64,000 nt of DNA from an uncultured Pseudobdellovibrionaceae bacterium (GTDB taxonomy: Bacteria > Bdellovibrionota > Bdellovibrionia > Bdellovibrionales > UBA1609): the NCBI GenBank assembly GCA_963803705.1, contig CAWDNU010000002.1, forward strand, positions 160,753 to 224,752, read 5' to 3'. The notes beneath the pieces were generated by a model. That model searched no databases and was not told where the DNA came from. It saw only the letters and a program-made list of their open reading frames with translations. Numbering within the stretch: the first letter of the stretch is position 1; each line of letters opens with the position of its first letter. Positions 49,872-60,188 of this stretch are shown here, in pieces. The position numbers and the translations under genes are program-made.

Positions 49872-51260
49872 ATGTCCACACGTACTGAGCATGATTCTAT
49901 GGGACCCATTGAAGTGCCGGCAGAAAGACTGTGGGGCGCTCAAACCCAAAGATCCATCGAAAATTTTAAAATAGGAAATGACCGTTTTCCTCCAGAACTT
50001 ATAAAAGCATTTGGAATCTTGAAAAAATCTGCCGCACTAGCGAATAAAGATCTGGGCCTGCTAGACAAAGAAAAGTCTGCAGCCATTTCTAAGGCCTGTG
50101 ACGAGGTGATCGAAGGGAAGTGGGACAATGAATTTCCTTTAGTGGTGTGGCAAACCGGTAGTGGCACCCAAACTAATATGAATTCAAACGAAGTTATCGC
50201 CAACCGAGCTGCAGAGATTTTGGGTTTTAAGCGTGGAGACAAAAAAATTCACCCTAATGATGATGTAAACAAAGCGCAGTCTTCAAACGATACCTTTCCT
50301 ACAGCTATGCACATTTCCATAGTAAATGAGACGAAAAGACGTTTGGTTCCAGCACTAAAAAATTTTTTGCAGTCGTTAACTAAAAAGAAAAAAGAGTTTG
50401 CAGGGGTAGTAAAAATTGGTCGTACTCATTTTATGGATGCGACACCGCTTACTTTGGAACAAGAGTTTTCAGGTTACGAGCGTCAGATTGAGCAGGCCTT
50501 TAAGCGAGTGGAGCAGTCGTTAATCGATGTTCTTGATTTAGCCATAGGTGGCACGGCCGTAGGCACAGGGTTGAATACCCACCCTGATTTTTCTGAAAAA
50601 GTTTGTGCTTATATTTCTAAGGTAACAGGTCATAAATTTAGATCTGCACCAAATAAATTTGAGGCACTTGCTGCACATGATGCATTGGTTGAGTTTCACG
50701 GAAGTTTAAAAACTTTGGCTGTATCACTTATGAAAATTGCAAATGATATACGAATGCTCGGCAGTGGCCCCCGAAGTGGTATAGGCGAGCTAAACTTACC
50801 CGCCAATGAGCCTGGTAGTAGTATTATGCCTGGCAAAGTAAATCCAACCCAGTGCGAAGCCATAACAATGGTTGCAGCTCAAGTGATGGGAAACGACACC
50901 ACTGTTGGTTTCGCCGGCAGCCTGGGTCAATTTGAACTGAATGTTTTTAAACCCGTGATGGTTTTTAATGTCTTAAATTCGATAAGACTTTTATCAGATT
51001 CAATGGATAGCTTCAGAATAAATTGCCTTGATGGCATCGAAGCCAATTTAGTCCAAATTAAAAAGCACGTTGAAAATTCTTTGATGTTAGTTACAGCTCT
51101 TAATCCGCATATCGGTTACGATAAGGCAGCAAAGATTGCAAAGACTGCATTTGAAAATAATACGACGCTAAAAGAAGAAGCTATAAATTTAGGTTTTATG
51201 TCAGAAGATGACTTTGAAAAGTTTGTAAGACCTGAGGACATGATTGGCCCCAAAGCATAA
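49872..51260 (+). CDS. fumC: Class II fumarate hydratase
   Basis: [32 protein letters not shown]. Confidence 0.97.
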   Translation: MSTRTEHDSMGPIEVPAERLWGAQTQRSIENFKIGNDRFPPELIKAFGILKKSAALANKDLGLLDKEKSAAISKACDEVIEGKWDNEFPLVVWQTGSGTQTNMNSNEVIANRAAEILGFKRGDKKIHPNDDVNKAQSSNDTFPTAMHISIVNETKRRLVPALKNFLQSLTKKKKEFAGVVKIGRTHFMDATPLTLEQEFSGYERQIEQAFKRVEQSLIDVLDLAIGGTAVGTGLNTHPDFSEKVCAYISKVTGHKFRSAPNKFEALAAHDALVEFHGSLKTLAVSLMKIANDIRMLGSGPRSGIGELNLPANEPGSSIMPGKVNPTQCEAITMVAAQVMGNDTTVGFAGSLGQFELNVFKPVMVFNVLNSIRLLSDSMDSFRINCLDGIEANLVQIKKHVENSLMLVTALNPHIGYDKAAKIAKTAFENNTTLKEEAINLGFMSEDDFEKFVRPEDMIGPKA

Positions 51261-51425
51261 TAATGACTTCATTAACCAATCCCCTAGCCATACTGTGCCC
51301 CAGGTGCATTTATCACCGTCAGGCTGACAGCGGTTACATGCTTCAGCTGTAAAGCGTTGCACGCTGTGACCCTTTGGAGATTAATTACTGAAATTAGTAT
51401 ATAATTTTAATGTTTATGACAAAAG

Positions 51426-52301
51426 GTGAATATGCCCTCAACAGAATTTGATAAAAAAACGACTTGGTTTGACCATGAAAACATCAGACCCTATGTTTTG
51501 GCCAGAGACGTCAATCGCCCTAAAATCCCAGGTCAAGGCTCGGTCGTAGACTGGTTTTACGACGAGGACCTTGTTTTAAAAAACCCATTTCACTTAAAAG
51601 AGCTTGAATTTTCTGATTTGATTTTAGAAATTGAAAGCAGGGCTTTTCAACACGCTGACATGGCTATGCCTAGGTGGGTATTTTATGACTGCGCAATCAT
51701 GCCTGGCGTAGTTGTGGGTTTTGCCCACAGAACCGAGACTTTAAGTGACGCTGTTCGGAAAGCTTTAAGTAAACCCATCAAAGGTGAGTGGACGCCACTG
51801 TCGTTGTTCATCTGTATTCCCACAGCACAACCAGGAGCTTGGTTGGCTCATAATCTTTCTTCCATCAATTCTATTTTACCCAAGCAGGATCGCCTTTACG
51901 GACTTGGTTTTTTATCTAAGGCCTTCGGGTTGTGGTACTCAAATATACCCCAGTTATTTGGTATGACCCAATGGGAAAGCCCGGCACTGAAACTGCATTG
52001 TAACTATGGCAACTTAGAAATACTTACAGCCTTTACACCGGTGCATTCACATCCAAGAACGATCACCTATAACTGTGATGTTGACCCTTCACTATGGAAT
52101 TCTTTTTTTACTAAAGAATTTGATTCAAGATTTCATGACGGCTTTGAATATGCAGGATTTGATATTAATCCAAAAGACAGAAAAAGCATGTTGGCACTAC
52201 AGGCCAGACTTGAAGCCAAAGAGAACAAATACTACCTTGATTCCGAGCATCTAAGAAACGAGCCCCTTGGTGAACCCATTCCTATTTATATCCCAAGATG
52301 A
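51426..52301 (+). CDS. Hypothetical protein
   Basis: 291-aa ORF, ATGA overlap with the downstream gene; no family recognised. Confidence 0.75.
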   Translation: MNMPSTEFDKKTTWFDHENIRPYVLARDVNRPKIPGQGSVVDWFYDEDLVLKNPFHLKELEFSDLILEIESRAFQHADMAMPRWVFYDCAIMPGVVVGFAHRTETLSDAVRKALSKPIKGEWTPLSLFICIPTAQPGAWLAHNLSSINSILPKQDRLYGLGFLSKAFGLWYSNIPQLFGMTQWESPALKLHCNYGNLEILTAFTPVHSHPRTITYNCDVDPSLWNSFFTKEFDSRFHDGFEYAGFDINPKDRKSMLALQARLEAKENKYYLDSEHLRNEPLGEPIPIYIPR

Positions 52302-53080
52302 TTTTTTTTCTTGGTTTAGTTTTAGGAACTGTATCGTCTTTTTTAGGAATTGGTGGAGGTGTATTTTTAGTTCCTTTACTCCCCCTAATCTACCCTCTGA
52401 CAGCATTTGAAGCTGTAGTGCTAAGTTTAACTTTCATCTTCTTTTCAGTTTTAACGAACACGGTGCTATTTCAGATTCAGAAAAAAATTGTTTGGACTGT
52501 GGCGTTGGCTATGGGCCCATTTATAGTTGTTGGTGGATTTATAGGATCAAGACTTGCAAGCCAGGCTAGTGATATCTTCCTGCGAAGTTTTTTGTGTTTA
52601 TTTTTACTTTTAATGAGTTTTAACTTTTTAAGAGCACTTATCAGCTTAAAGGAAAATCCTAAGGCCACGAGCTTAAGTTTATTATCAAAAATTTCTAAAC
52701 CTGGACTAGGACTTTTTGCGGGACTTCTTTCTGGATTTGCTGGTGTAGGCAGTGGAGTCTTTTTAAACTGGTTAGTATTAAAAGATCCAAGTGTGGGTTC
52801 AAAAAATGAATCACCTACGGTCAATGCAATGATGATATTTGTTTGTAGCGGTGTTTTTGTATCAGCACTATGGACTGAGCCAAAAATTTTTTTAAGTTTC
52901 TACGAAAAAGTCGGCTTTTTAAGTGGTCTACTAATTTTAGTTGGGATCATAACAGGAGCATTCCTAGGTCGAGCACTAAATGCAAAAGGTTTTGCCAAAG
53001 CCAGACTGTCTCTTCTTTTTCTAATAACTTTCACTCTAAGCGTAACTGTTTTTGTAGAAACCTATCGGGCAATTAGCTAG
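52298..53080 (+). CDS. TauE/SafE-family (TSUP) membrane transporter
   Basis: SSFLGIGGGVFLVP and duplicated SGFAGVGSG motifs, about 8 TM helices. Confidence 0.85.
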   Translation: MIFFLGLVLGTVSSFLGIGGGVFLVPLLPLIYPLTAFEAVVLSLTFIFFSVLTNTVLFQIQKKIVWTVALAMGPFIVVGGFIGSRLASQASDIFLRSFLCLFLLLMSFNFLRALISLKENPKATSLSLLSKISKPGLGLFAGLLSGFAGVGSGVFLNWLVLKDPSVGSKNESPTVNAMMIFVCSGVFVSALWTEPKIFLSFYEKVGFLSGLLILVGIITGAFLGRALNAKGFAKARLSLLFLITFTLSVTVFVETYRAIS

Positions 53081-53261
53081 AATAATTTATTTTATTATCA
53101 ATCTAATCCGAGTCTCAGTCAGAGGACATGGCTGACATGATCCATGCGCAGAATTTTCGGGATCGGTTTGCTACTCGCACCACAGATAACCTACTGCCGA
53201 TCTTTCTTGAACTAGTTTCTAAAAATATTGATTTTTGATCAAAGCTTAGATAACTTCATAT

Positions 53262-53570
53262 ATGTCTACTAAAATTATAGAATTACAAATTAAAGACATA
53301 ATCCAAGACAGACTCAAACCATCTGTCTTGGAAATCACCAACGAGAGTGATTTACACTCAGGTCCTAAGGGGCGCGAATCTCACTTCAAAGTTTTAATTG
53401 TCAGCGAAGCTTTCAAAGACGTGAAGCGAATTGATCGTCAAAAATTAATATTTAAATTTTTAAAAGATATTATGTCCCAAGTTCATGCCCTATCGCTAAG
53501 ATGTCTCACAGAAAGTGAATTTAAAAAAGCAAAAGACTTTAAAAGTCCCGACTGCACCCACCGTAGTTGA
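53262..53570 (+). CDS. bolA: BolA-family protein
   Basis: NESDLH..ESHFKVLIVS..F, VHALSL. Confidence 0.92.
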   Translation: MSTKIIELQIKDIIQDRLKPSVLEITNESDLHSGPKGRESHFKVLIVSEAFKDVKRIDRQKLIFKFLKDIMSQVHALSLRCLTESEFKKAKDFKSPDCTHRS

Positions 53571-53583
53571 AGGACGGCCACAA

Positions 53584-53603
53584 GTGAAGCTGTACAGCTT
53601 CAC
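53584..53603. repeat. Perfect 20-bp palindrome
   Basis: GTGAAGCTGTACAGCTTCAC, flanked by ACGGC / GCCGT. Confidence 0.85.
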
Positions 53604-53702
53604 CTGCCGTGGCTGCGTAAGCCTGATTTCTTTAATAACTGCATGTGAAGGGTTAAGCATAAGCAACTTGAGTGAAAATCTACACTTGGATCTATGTACT
53701 TC

Positions 53703-54284
53703 TCAATCTCTGGTAAATATGACTATTACCGTCGAGTCATCTTCGTCTAATAGTCCATACTGGTCTTTTCCATTTATACTGAGCACATTGGCCTTCTTGA
53801 AGCCATATCGTTGGGCCATCCGACCAGACCAAGTGTTTAGCGCAGCATCCTCTGGGTTCATACTCATTAGATTTTGCACATACTCATCATGGTTGAGGCC
53901 CGATACCCATATTCCTTCGATCTCGTCGATATTTTCTGAACCAATAGCTTTCATCATCATATCGTAAAGTACCAGGCCACTCCACCTACTTCTGATCTCT
54001 TTATGGGGATATTTTAGAGCAGCCTCGATAGACAATTGTCTATCACTTAGACTGGCTTCAAATAAAAATTTGTAATCGAGATCCCTATAATGGAAAAATC
54101 TAGGAACACTGTCGATAATCTCTTCGCGGCCTCGAACCACTTTGTAAGCGACTTTTTGGCTTAAGTGTTCAATACACTGTTTAGATGTTGCGCCAAGGGC
54201 AGAGTTCACACCAGGGCTTGAGCCCCAACCTACGGTGACCAGTCCCGAAAGACCTAAAATATTGAACAAGTTTCTATATTTCAT
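53703..54284 (-). CDS. Exported hypothetical protein, possible polymorphic-toxin-like domain
   Basis: Signal-like N-terminus, KQCIEHL, then EGIWVSGLN..EDAALNTWSGRMAQRYGF. Confidence 0.7.
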   Translation of the reverse strand: MKYRNLFNILGLSGLVTVGWGSSPGVNSALGATSKQCIEHLSQKVAYKVVRGREEIIDSVPRFFHYRDLDYKFLFEASLSDRQLSIEAALKYPHKEIRSRWSGLVLYDMMMKAIGSENIDEIEGIWVSGLNHDEYVQNLMSMNPEDAALNTWSGRMAQRYGFKKANVLSINGKDQYGLLDEDDSTVIVIFTRD

Positions 54285-54297
54285 ACTTTTTTAGTTC

Positions 54298-54313
54298 TGC
54301 AAATTGGGGGCCA
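54298..54313 (-). promoter_or_regulatory. Sigma54 (-24/-12) promoter
   Basis: Minus strand TGGCCCCCAATTTGCA (GG-N10-GC), 14 bp upstream of ATG 54284. Confidence 0.6.
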
Positions 54314-54354
54314 TCAGGCTAAAAGCTACATTTTTATATCGAAAAAAATGTGGG

Positions 54355-54567
54355 TTACAGCGAAAGAGTCTTGAGCTGCTTTTGAATCACTTTCAAAAGC
54401 TGAGTTTTTTGCTTAGTCTTTTTAGATTTTTTTTTTGGTGTTTTCTTTACTGTATCTAACTTTTCGGATTTAGAGTCGATATTTTGCCACATATTTAAAG
54501 CTAATGATAACTCAGATCGAATCTCTTTGTTGATTTTATTACTTTTAACTTCATTTTTTGTAGACAC
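54355..54567 (-). CDS. Small basic hypothetical protein
   Basis: 70-aa Lys-rich ORF; TACACT 6 nt before the GTG. Confidence 0.5.
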   Translation of the reverse strand: MSTKNEVKSNKINKEIRSELSLALNMWQNIDSKSEKLDTVKKTPKKKSKKTKQKTQLLKVIQKQLKTLSL

Positions 54568-54658
54568 TCCATTAGTGTAGGGCCTTAAACTTTTTTGACA
54601 AGAAAAATAACCTGCATACTGCTTTGCGGTTTAGAGCAAAGACTTCATAGGAGCGTTA

Positions 54659-56340
54659 ATGGCTGAAGATATTATTTATACAATGAAAGGTGTCAGTAAG
54701 GTAATTCCACCAAATAAATATATTTTGAAGAATATTTATTTGTCCTACTTCTATGGTGCCAAAATTGGAGTCCTGGGATTAAATGGTTCAGGTAAAAGCA
54801 CTCTTCTTAAAATCATAGCTGGAATCGATGATGAATTTTTGGGTGAATCGTTTCCAGCTAAAGATTTTAAGCTAGGTTACCTCGAACAAGAGCCTGAGCT
54901 TAATCCTGAAAAAACAGTTCATGAAAACATCTTAGAAGGAATGGGCCAGTTGCCATTATGGTTGAAAGAGTTCAATGATTTAAGCCAAAAGATGTGCGAT
55001 GAAAATATCAAGCCAGATGCCATGGAAGCTTTAATTGAAAAGCAGGGCGCTGTTCAAGAAAAAATTGAGTCTGTAAATGGTTGGGACGTCGATCAGACCA
55101 TTAGTATGGCAGTAGAAGCTTTAAGATGCCCAGATGGTGCATCCTCAGTTAAAAATCTTATCTGGTGGTGAAAAAAGACGTGTAGCACTGGCAAGACTTT
55201 TACTGTCAGAGCCAGATATCCTATTACTGGATGAGCCGACTAACCACTTAGACGCAGAATCAGTGACTTGGTTAGAACATTACTCTGGCCAAGTTTGCGG
55301 GCACCGTTATAGCGGTGACCCATGATAGATACTTCTTAGACAATGTAGCGGGTTGGATCCTAGAGCTAGATCGCGGCGAGGGCATCCCCTTTAAAGGTAA
55401 CTACTCGTCTTGGCTGGAACAAAAAAACAAACGCCTATTGCAAGAAGCAAAATCCGAGCAAAATAGAAATAAAACTTTAGAAAAAGAACTAGAATGGATT
55501 CGTACTAATCCTAAAGGCAGACAAGCTAAAGCGAAAGCGCGTATTTCCAATTATGAGTCACTACTGAAAGAGCCTTCGAAAGAAAAATTAAATGAACTTC
55601 AGTTGTACATACCGCCAGGTCCTCGCTTGGGTAAAAAGGTCATAGAGGCCAAAGGTATTTCCAAACAGTATGGGGACAAGCTTTTATTTGAAAATTTAAG
55701 TTTTGATATTCCAGCTGGCGGGATCGTTGGAATTGTTGGACCTAATGGAGCAGGTAAGACATCACTATTTAGAATGATAATAGGGCAGGAAAGCCCCGAT
55801 TCTGGTGAACTGCAAGTCGGAGAAACAGTAAAACTTGCCTATGTCGATCAGTCCAGAGAAAATCTAAATCCTGATAAGACAGTTTGGGAAGAAATTTCCG
55901 GCGGCGACGACCTGATGAAAGTCGGCGACAAAGAAATGAACTCTAGAGCTTATGTCTCTAAATTTAATTTTTCAGGGTCTGATCAACAGAAGAAAGTGGG
56001 AAAACTATCCGGCGGAGAAAGAAATAGAGTCCAGCTTGCTAAGCTTCTAGCAGAAGGTGCGAACGTTATTTTACTAGATGAACCGACCAATGACCTGGAT
56101 GTGAACACAATGAGAGCTTTAGAAGAAGCCATTGAATCTTTCGGTGGATGCGTATTGGTAATCAGTCATGACAGATGGTTTCTAGATCGGGTTTGCACAC
56201 ACACTATGGCTTTCGAGGGGGATAGCCATATAGAGTTTTTCCCGGGTTCGTATTCTGAGTACGAAGAGGACTTAAAAAAACGATTGGGAGTTGAAGATTT
56301 GCAACCAAAGCGAATTCAGTATAGAAAAATTTCAAATTAA
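54659..56340 (+). CDS. ettA: Energy-dependent translational throttle ABC-F ATPase, two apparent +1 frameshifts
   Basis: [47 protein letters not shown] and a second ABC cassette across ORFs 54659-55171, 55134-55325 and 55315-56340. Confidence 0.93.
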
Positions 56341-56411
56341 AATGTTTACAAGAGTTAAGAATTCGTTATCATTAAAGGTGAAGCAAAAGCCTTTAATGGG
56401 AGGAATTTTTA

Positions 56412-56924
56412 ATGGCAACAAAAAAGAAAGCAGCAAAGAAGAAAGCAAAAAAAGCGACTAAGAAAAAAGTGGCAAAGAAAGCAACTAAGAAAAACAACTA
56501 AGAAAAAAACAGTAGCTAAGAAAACAAAAGCTAAAGCAAAAAAAAGCCAGCAGCAAAAAAAGCGACTAAGAAGAAAGCGACTAAAAAGGTAGCTAAGAAA
56601 ACAACTAAAAAAGCTACTAAAAAAACAACTAAGAAAAAAGCAGTTGCTAAGAAGAAGACTAAAACAAAAACAAAAAGAAAGCCTAACGCGGCTTTTATGA
56701 AGGCATTGACGCCAAGTCCAGAGTTGGCTGAGGTTGTGGGCTCTACACCTCTTCCAAGAACAGAAGTTGTAAAAAAATTGTGGGCTTATATAAAGAAGCA
56801 TAATCTTCAAGACGCTCAGAACAGAAGAAATATTAATGCTGACGATAAATTGATGCCAATTTTCGGTAAAAAGCAGGTTTCTATGTTCGAAATGACTAAA
56901 ATAGTTAGCGGTCATTTGAAATAG
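56412..56924 (+). CDS. Histone H1-like Lys/Ala/Thr-rich protein fused to a SWIB/MDM2 domain (two compensating indels in A-runs)
   Basis: GGAGG RBS, ATG 56412 MATKKKAAKKKAKK..; in frame overall with SWIB ORF 56697-56924 (PSPELAEVVG, RTEVVKKLWAYIKKHNLQD, VSMFEMTK). Confidence 0.85.
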
Positions 56925-56955
56925 TTTTCAACATATTGAAATTCTCAAATATTTT

Positions 56956-56982
56956 AAGAGCCTCTTTGTTGAGGCTCTTTTT
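56956..56982 (+). terminator. Rho-independent terminator
   Basis: AAGAGCCTC-TTTGTT-GAGGCTCTTTTT. Confidence 0.85.
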
Positions 56983-56992
56983 GTTTTAAGTT

Positions 56993-57790
56993 ATGGTGCG
57001 GGCTATGAACTCAGAAACCCAATCCTTTATTCGTGGAATGCAAAACGCTGGAAAGCTCGCCGCTGAAACCCTAATTCATGTCAAGAAGTTCATAAAGCCT
57101 GGCATTTCTACTTTGGAAATCAACCAGATCGTACACGATTACACCTTAACTCACGGAGCAACACCTGCTCCCCTTAATTATCAGGGATTTCCAATGTCGG
57201 TTTGTACCTCAGTAAATGAGTGCATCTGTCATGGAGTTCCCAGGGTCGATGAAATTTTAAAGATTGGGGATATTATAAATGTTGATGTGACGTGTGTATT
57301 GAAGGGATATTTTGGGGACACCTCTGCAACATTTTATGTGGGAGAAGTTAGTGATTCAGCTCAAAAAGTTACCGAATGTGCCTACCACTCAATGCATCAA
57401 GGAATAAATCAGGTTTCAGGCCAAAGCACAGTTGGTGATATAGGTTTTGCAGTGAACAAGTACGTTAGCCGCCGGGGATTTTATGTGGTCGCAGAAATCG
57501 GCGGTCACGGAATTGGTAAAGTGTTTCATGATGAGCCATTTGTTCCATCCGTTGGTAAAAAAGGTAAAGGTCCGAAATTAAAACCTTGGACCTGCATAAC
57601 TGTAGAGCCTATGGTTAATGAAACTGCAGCCAGCACTGTGGAGTTCTCAATTCCTAATTCGTCTATTATGTATTACGAAACTAAAGACAAGTGTTTGTCC
57701 GCGCAATTTGAACACACAGTCTTAGTCACAGACACAGGCTTTGAAATTATGACCATGTCGGGCCACGAGGTACTGTCCTTTTCCAGCTAG
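56993..57790 (+). CDS. map: Type I methionine aminopeptidase (start perhaps 57005)
   Basis: CTSVNECICHGVP, GDIINVDVT, GDTS, GHGIG..FH, EPM, SAQFEHT. Confidence 0.96.
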   Translation: MVRAMNSETQSFIRGMQNAGKLAAETLIHVKKFIKPGISTLEINQIVHDYTLTHGATPAPLNYQGFPMSVCTSVNECICHGVPRVDEILKIGDIINVDVTCVLKGYFGDTSATFYVGEVSDSAQKVTECAYHSMHQGINQVSGQSTVGDIGFAVNKYVSRRGFYVVAEIGGHGIGKVFHDEPFVPSVGKKGKGPKLKPWTCITVEPMVNETAASTVEFSIPNSSIMYYETKDKCLSAQFEHTVLVTDTGFEIMTMSGHEVLSFSS

Positions 57791-57860
57791 TCTTGTATCT
57801 AGTCTTCTAACTAGGCCATGGGCCAAAATACACTGTAAATCTTAGTATTAGCTTAATTAA

Positions 57861-59396
57861 ATGAAAACTCCAGACGAACAGTTATATATGAAAACACTTT
57901 TTTGTGCATTTTTGATTGTCGTGATGGGTACCAAATTCGCATGGGCTTCAAATTCGCTTTCAACCATCAACAATTTTGCGCCCGGTTCTTCACAAATAAA
58001 TTTTGTGTCAGTAGAGTCAGCCCAAACCCTACAGCACAAAAAATTTAGTTTCTTAGGCTTTTTAGATGCAAGTTACCAATCTCTTGCGATCTATAATAGC
58101 ACCCAAACAGGCGACGACTTAGTTAGTTTTACTCATTTGGGTCTGTCTTACGGATTATCACCTAAGCTTGAAATTGGTATAAAAGGTCCTGTAATTTTTA
58201 ACCAAAATGTTGATTCATCACAGGCCAGCGTTGTGCTAACATCAAGTGGTTTTGTAAACGTAGATGGATTTTTAAAATACAGACTTGTAAGTAGTTTAAA
58301 ATCTAACTTAACATTGATGACACAAATTGGTGCTGCAAATGGTGACGAAATATTTTATGTTGGCCCCAACAGCGGCCTTAACTACTCTTTAGCGGCATTG
58401 TACGAGCGTTCTTTTGGGCGTTGGTTAATGGCAGTCAACGTCGGATATATTCAGCGAACGCCAGGCGAAAATACCGCTGGCACATTGCCCTTTTTCGAGC
58501 CGATCAATAGCACAATACATGGATCTTTGGGCCTTGGACGTCCAATTACAAAGTCAACTCGTGTAAGTGGGGAACTATTGGTTGCGTCTCATGATTTCGT
58601 TAAAGACAATTCAGACCGAGGAAATTTATCAGCAGAAGCTTTACTTAGTTTTCACACTAAATTAAAAGCATTAAATTTAAGTTACGGTTTAGGTGCAGGT
58701 CTTACAGACGGGATTGCGACCCCAGCCGTAAGAGGTTTTTTAGGATTTCAGTATCCGTTTGGCTTTCCTCTTCGAGTGGCAAAAAAAGAAGAGATTGATG
58801 AAGAAGAAGAGTCATTTGTAGCGATACCTATAGATGATTCTCCTAAAAGAAGCATTGCTTCTCAAATCTTTGAAGATAATGATGACGATGCCGTGGCAGA
58901 AATTAACGCTGAGACTTTAGATGAAGTTTTTGAAGTACCAGATACGACGCCTGCACAAATAGCCAAAGAAGAACCTAAAGAAGAATTAGAAGTTATTGAG
59001 CCACCAATCTTACCAAAGAAACGTGCTATTTCTAACGACAATTCAAATCAGAAATACATACTCGATTATATTGAATTTGATTTTAACTCAGCGAATTTAA
59101 ATAGACGCTCTCTTGTAACACTGGGTAAAGTTTTAGAAAGCATTAAAAAGACGGCGTTCAAGACAATCAAGGTTTGGGGTCACACAGATTTCTATGGGTC
59201 TTCCATCTATAATGAATATTTGGGGTTAAGACGTGCCAAAGCCGTTTACAATTATTTTAAGAATGCTGGGATTCCGGCAGCGTTTATAGACTATGATGCC
59301 TTCGGAGAAAGACGACCAGTGTCAGTAGGCCTAAGCGATCAGAAACGACGCAAAAACAGACGTGTCGAGATTATTGTTATCAGGCAAGGGGAGTGA
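57861..59396 (+). CDS. OmpA-family protein: N-terminal beta-barrel, acidic linker, OmpA_C peptidoglycan-binding domain (start perhaps 57888)
   Basis: Signal AWA-S; IEFDFNSA, GHTD..G...YN..L..RRA, FGERRP, NRRVEI. Confidence 0.88.
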   Translation: MKTPDEQLYMKTLFCAFLIVVMGTKFAWASNSLSTINNFAPGSSQINFVSVESAQTLQHKKFSFLGFLDASYQSLAIYNSTQTGDDLVSFTHLGLSYGLSPKLEIGIKGPVIFNQNVDSSQASVVLTSSGFVNVDGFLKYRLVSSLKSNLTLMTQIGAANGDEIFYVGPNSGLNYSLAALYERSFGRWLMAVNVGYIQRTPGENTAGTLPFFEPINSTIHGSLGLGRPITKSTRVSGELLVASHDFVKDNSDRGNLSAEALLSFHTKLKALNLSYGLGAGLTDGIATPAVRGFLGFQYPFGFPLRVAKKEEIDEEEESFVAIPIDDSPKRSIASQIFEDNDDDAVAEINAETLDEVFEVPDTTPAQIAKEEPKEELEVIEPPILPKKRAISNDNSNQKYILDYIEFDFNSANLNRRSLVTLGKVLESIKKTAFKTIKVWGHTDFYGSSIYNEYLGLRRAKAVYNYFKNAGIPAAFIDYDAFGERRPVSVGLSDQKRRKNRRVEIIVIRQGE

Positions 59397-60073
59397 TCGT
59401 GGATTTTATAAAATTTCTAATATTATTTGTAATCACAACCTGTAGCGCACTCTCTTACGCTCAGACTGAACAAAATAACTTCGCGGACAACGTAAATGTT
59501 TCTGATCGAAGTGCTTCTTACTTTGACGAGTATGACACTTCAAAATTTAGGCTTGGAGTGCTAAATGCAAATTTCTCGCCCGACGCCCCTAAACTCTCTA
59601 GAGTACCGTCTTCTTATATGTCTATTAAAGAGAAATTAAATTCTACACCCTCTAATCTGTGTGAGGTGGTAAAATCAAAGAGAGGACTTAGCTTTAAAGA
59701 CTCATCGTCTTATGTGCTTTCAGCGCTTAAAAAAGCAGGCACTATCTCTTCAAACGATAAAAATTATAGTTTAGATAGTGCGCATTTTTTTTGGGAAACG
59801 TATTTAACATACAGGGACTTGGTAGACATCACCCAACCTATCCGCCGAGAGGGCGTGTTTCGTTTTTCTAAACTTCCCAATGCGGCGATAGTTATGTTGG
59901 AAAAAGGTTGTAACCTTAACGGTATAGCCGCCATCTACTGTGATGGACGCTACTACGCTCCAAAATTTGTTGATGTTACTAAGCTTGAATATCGTCTGAA
60001 CGATAGCTCTGACAAAGAGTGCAAATTAGGTAAGGGAATGCGCGTAATTGCTGAAGCAAAACGCTTTTTATAG
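59393..60073 (+). CDS. Exported hypothetical protein
   Basis: Signal ending SYA-Q, four Cys in the mature part; 4-bp overlap with the OmpA gene. Confidence 0.75.
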   Translation: MIVDFIKFLILFVITTCSALSYAQTEQNNFADNVNVSDRSASYFDEYDTSKFRLGVLNANFSPDAPKLSRVPSSYMSIKEKLNSTPSNLCEVVKSKRGLSFKDSSSYVLSALKKAGTISSNDKNYSLDSAHFFWETYLTYRDLVDITQPIRREGVFRFSKLPNAAIVMLEKGCNLNGIAAIYCDGRYYAPKFVDVTKLEYRLNDSSDKECKLGKGMRVIAEAKRFL

Positions 60074-60188
60074 AAAATACTTTGCTTAGATCTTTAAGTT
60101 AATTTTCAAAAGTGCTAATAGCGTTTGCTTTTCAATTTCTGTCAACTCTGATAATTTAATACCCGTAAGCTTATCAAAGTTTTTTAAA

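Noticed and set aside
54659..56340. ettA as a split or recoded gene
   Set aside because: Two isolated +1 indels without slippery-site context, near similar errors in the next gene
56409..56915. 168-aa Phe/Cys-rich minus-strand ORF
   Set aside because: Antisense shadow of the Lys-rich H1-like gene
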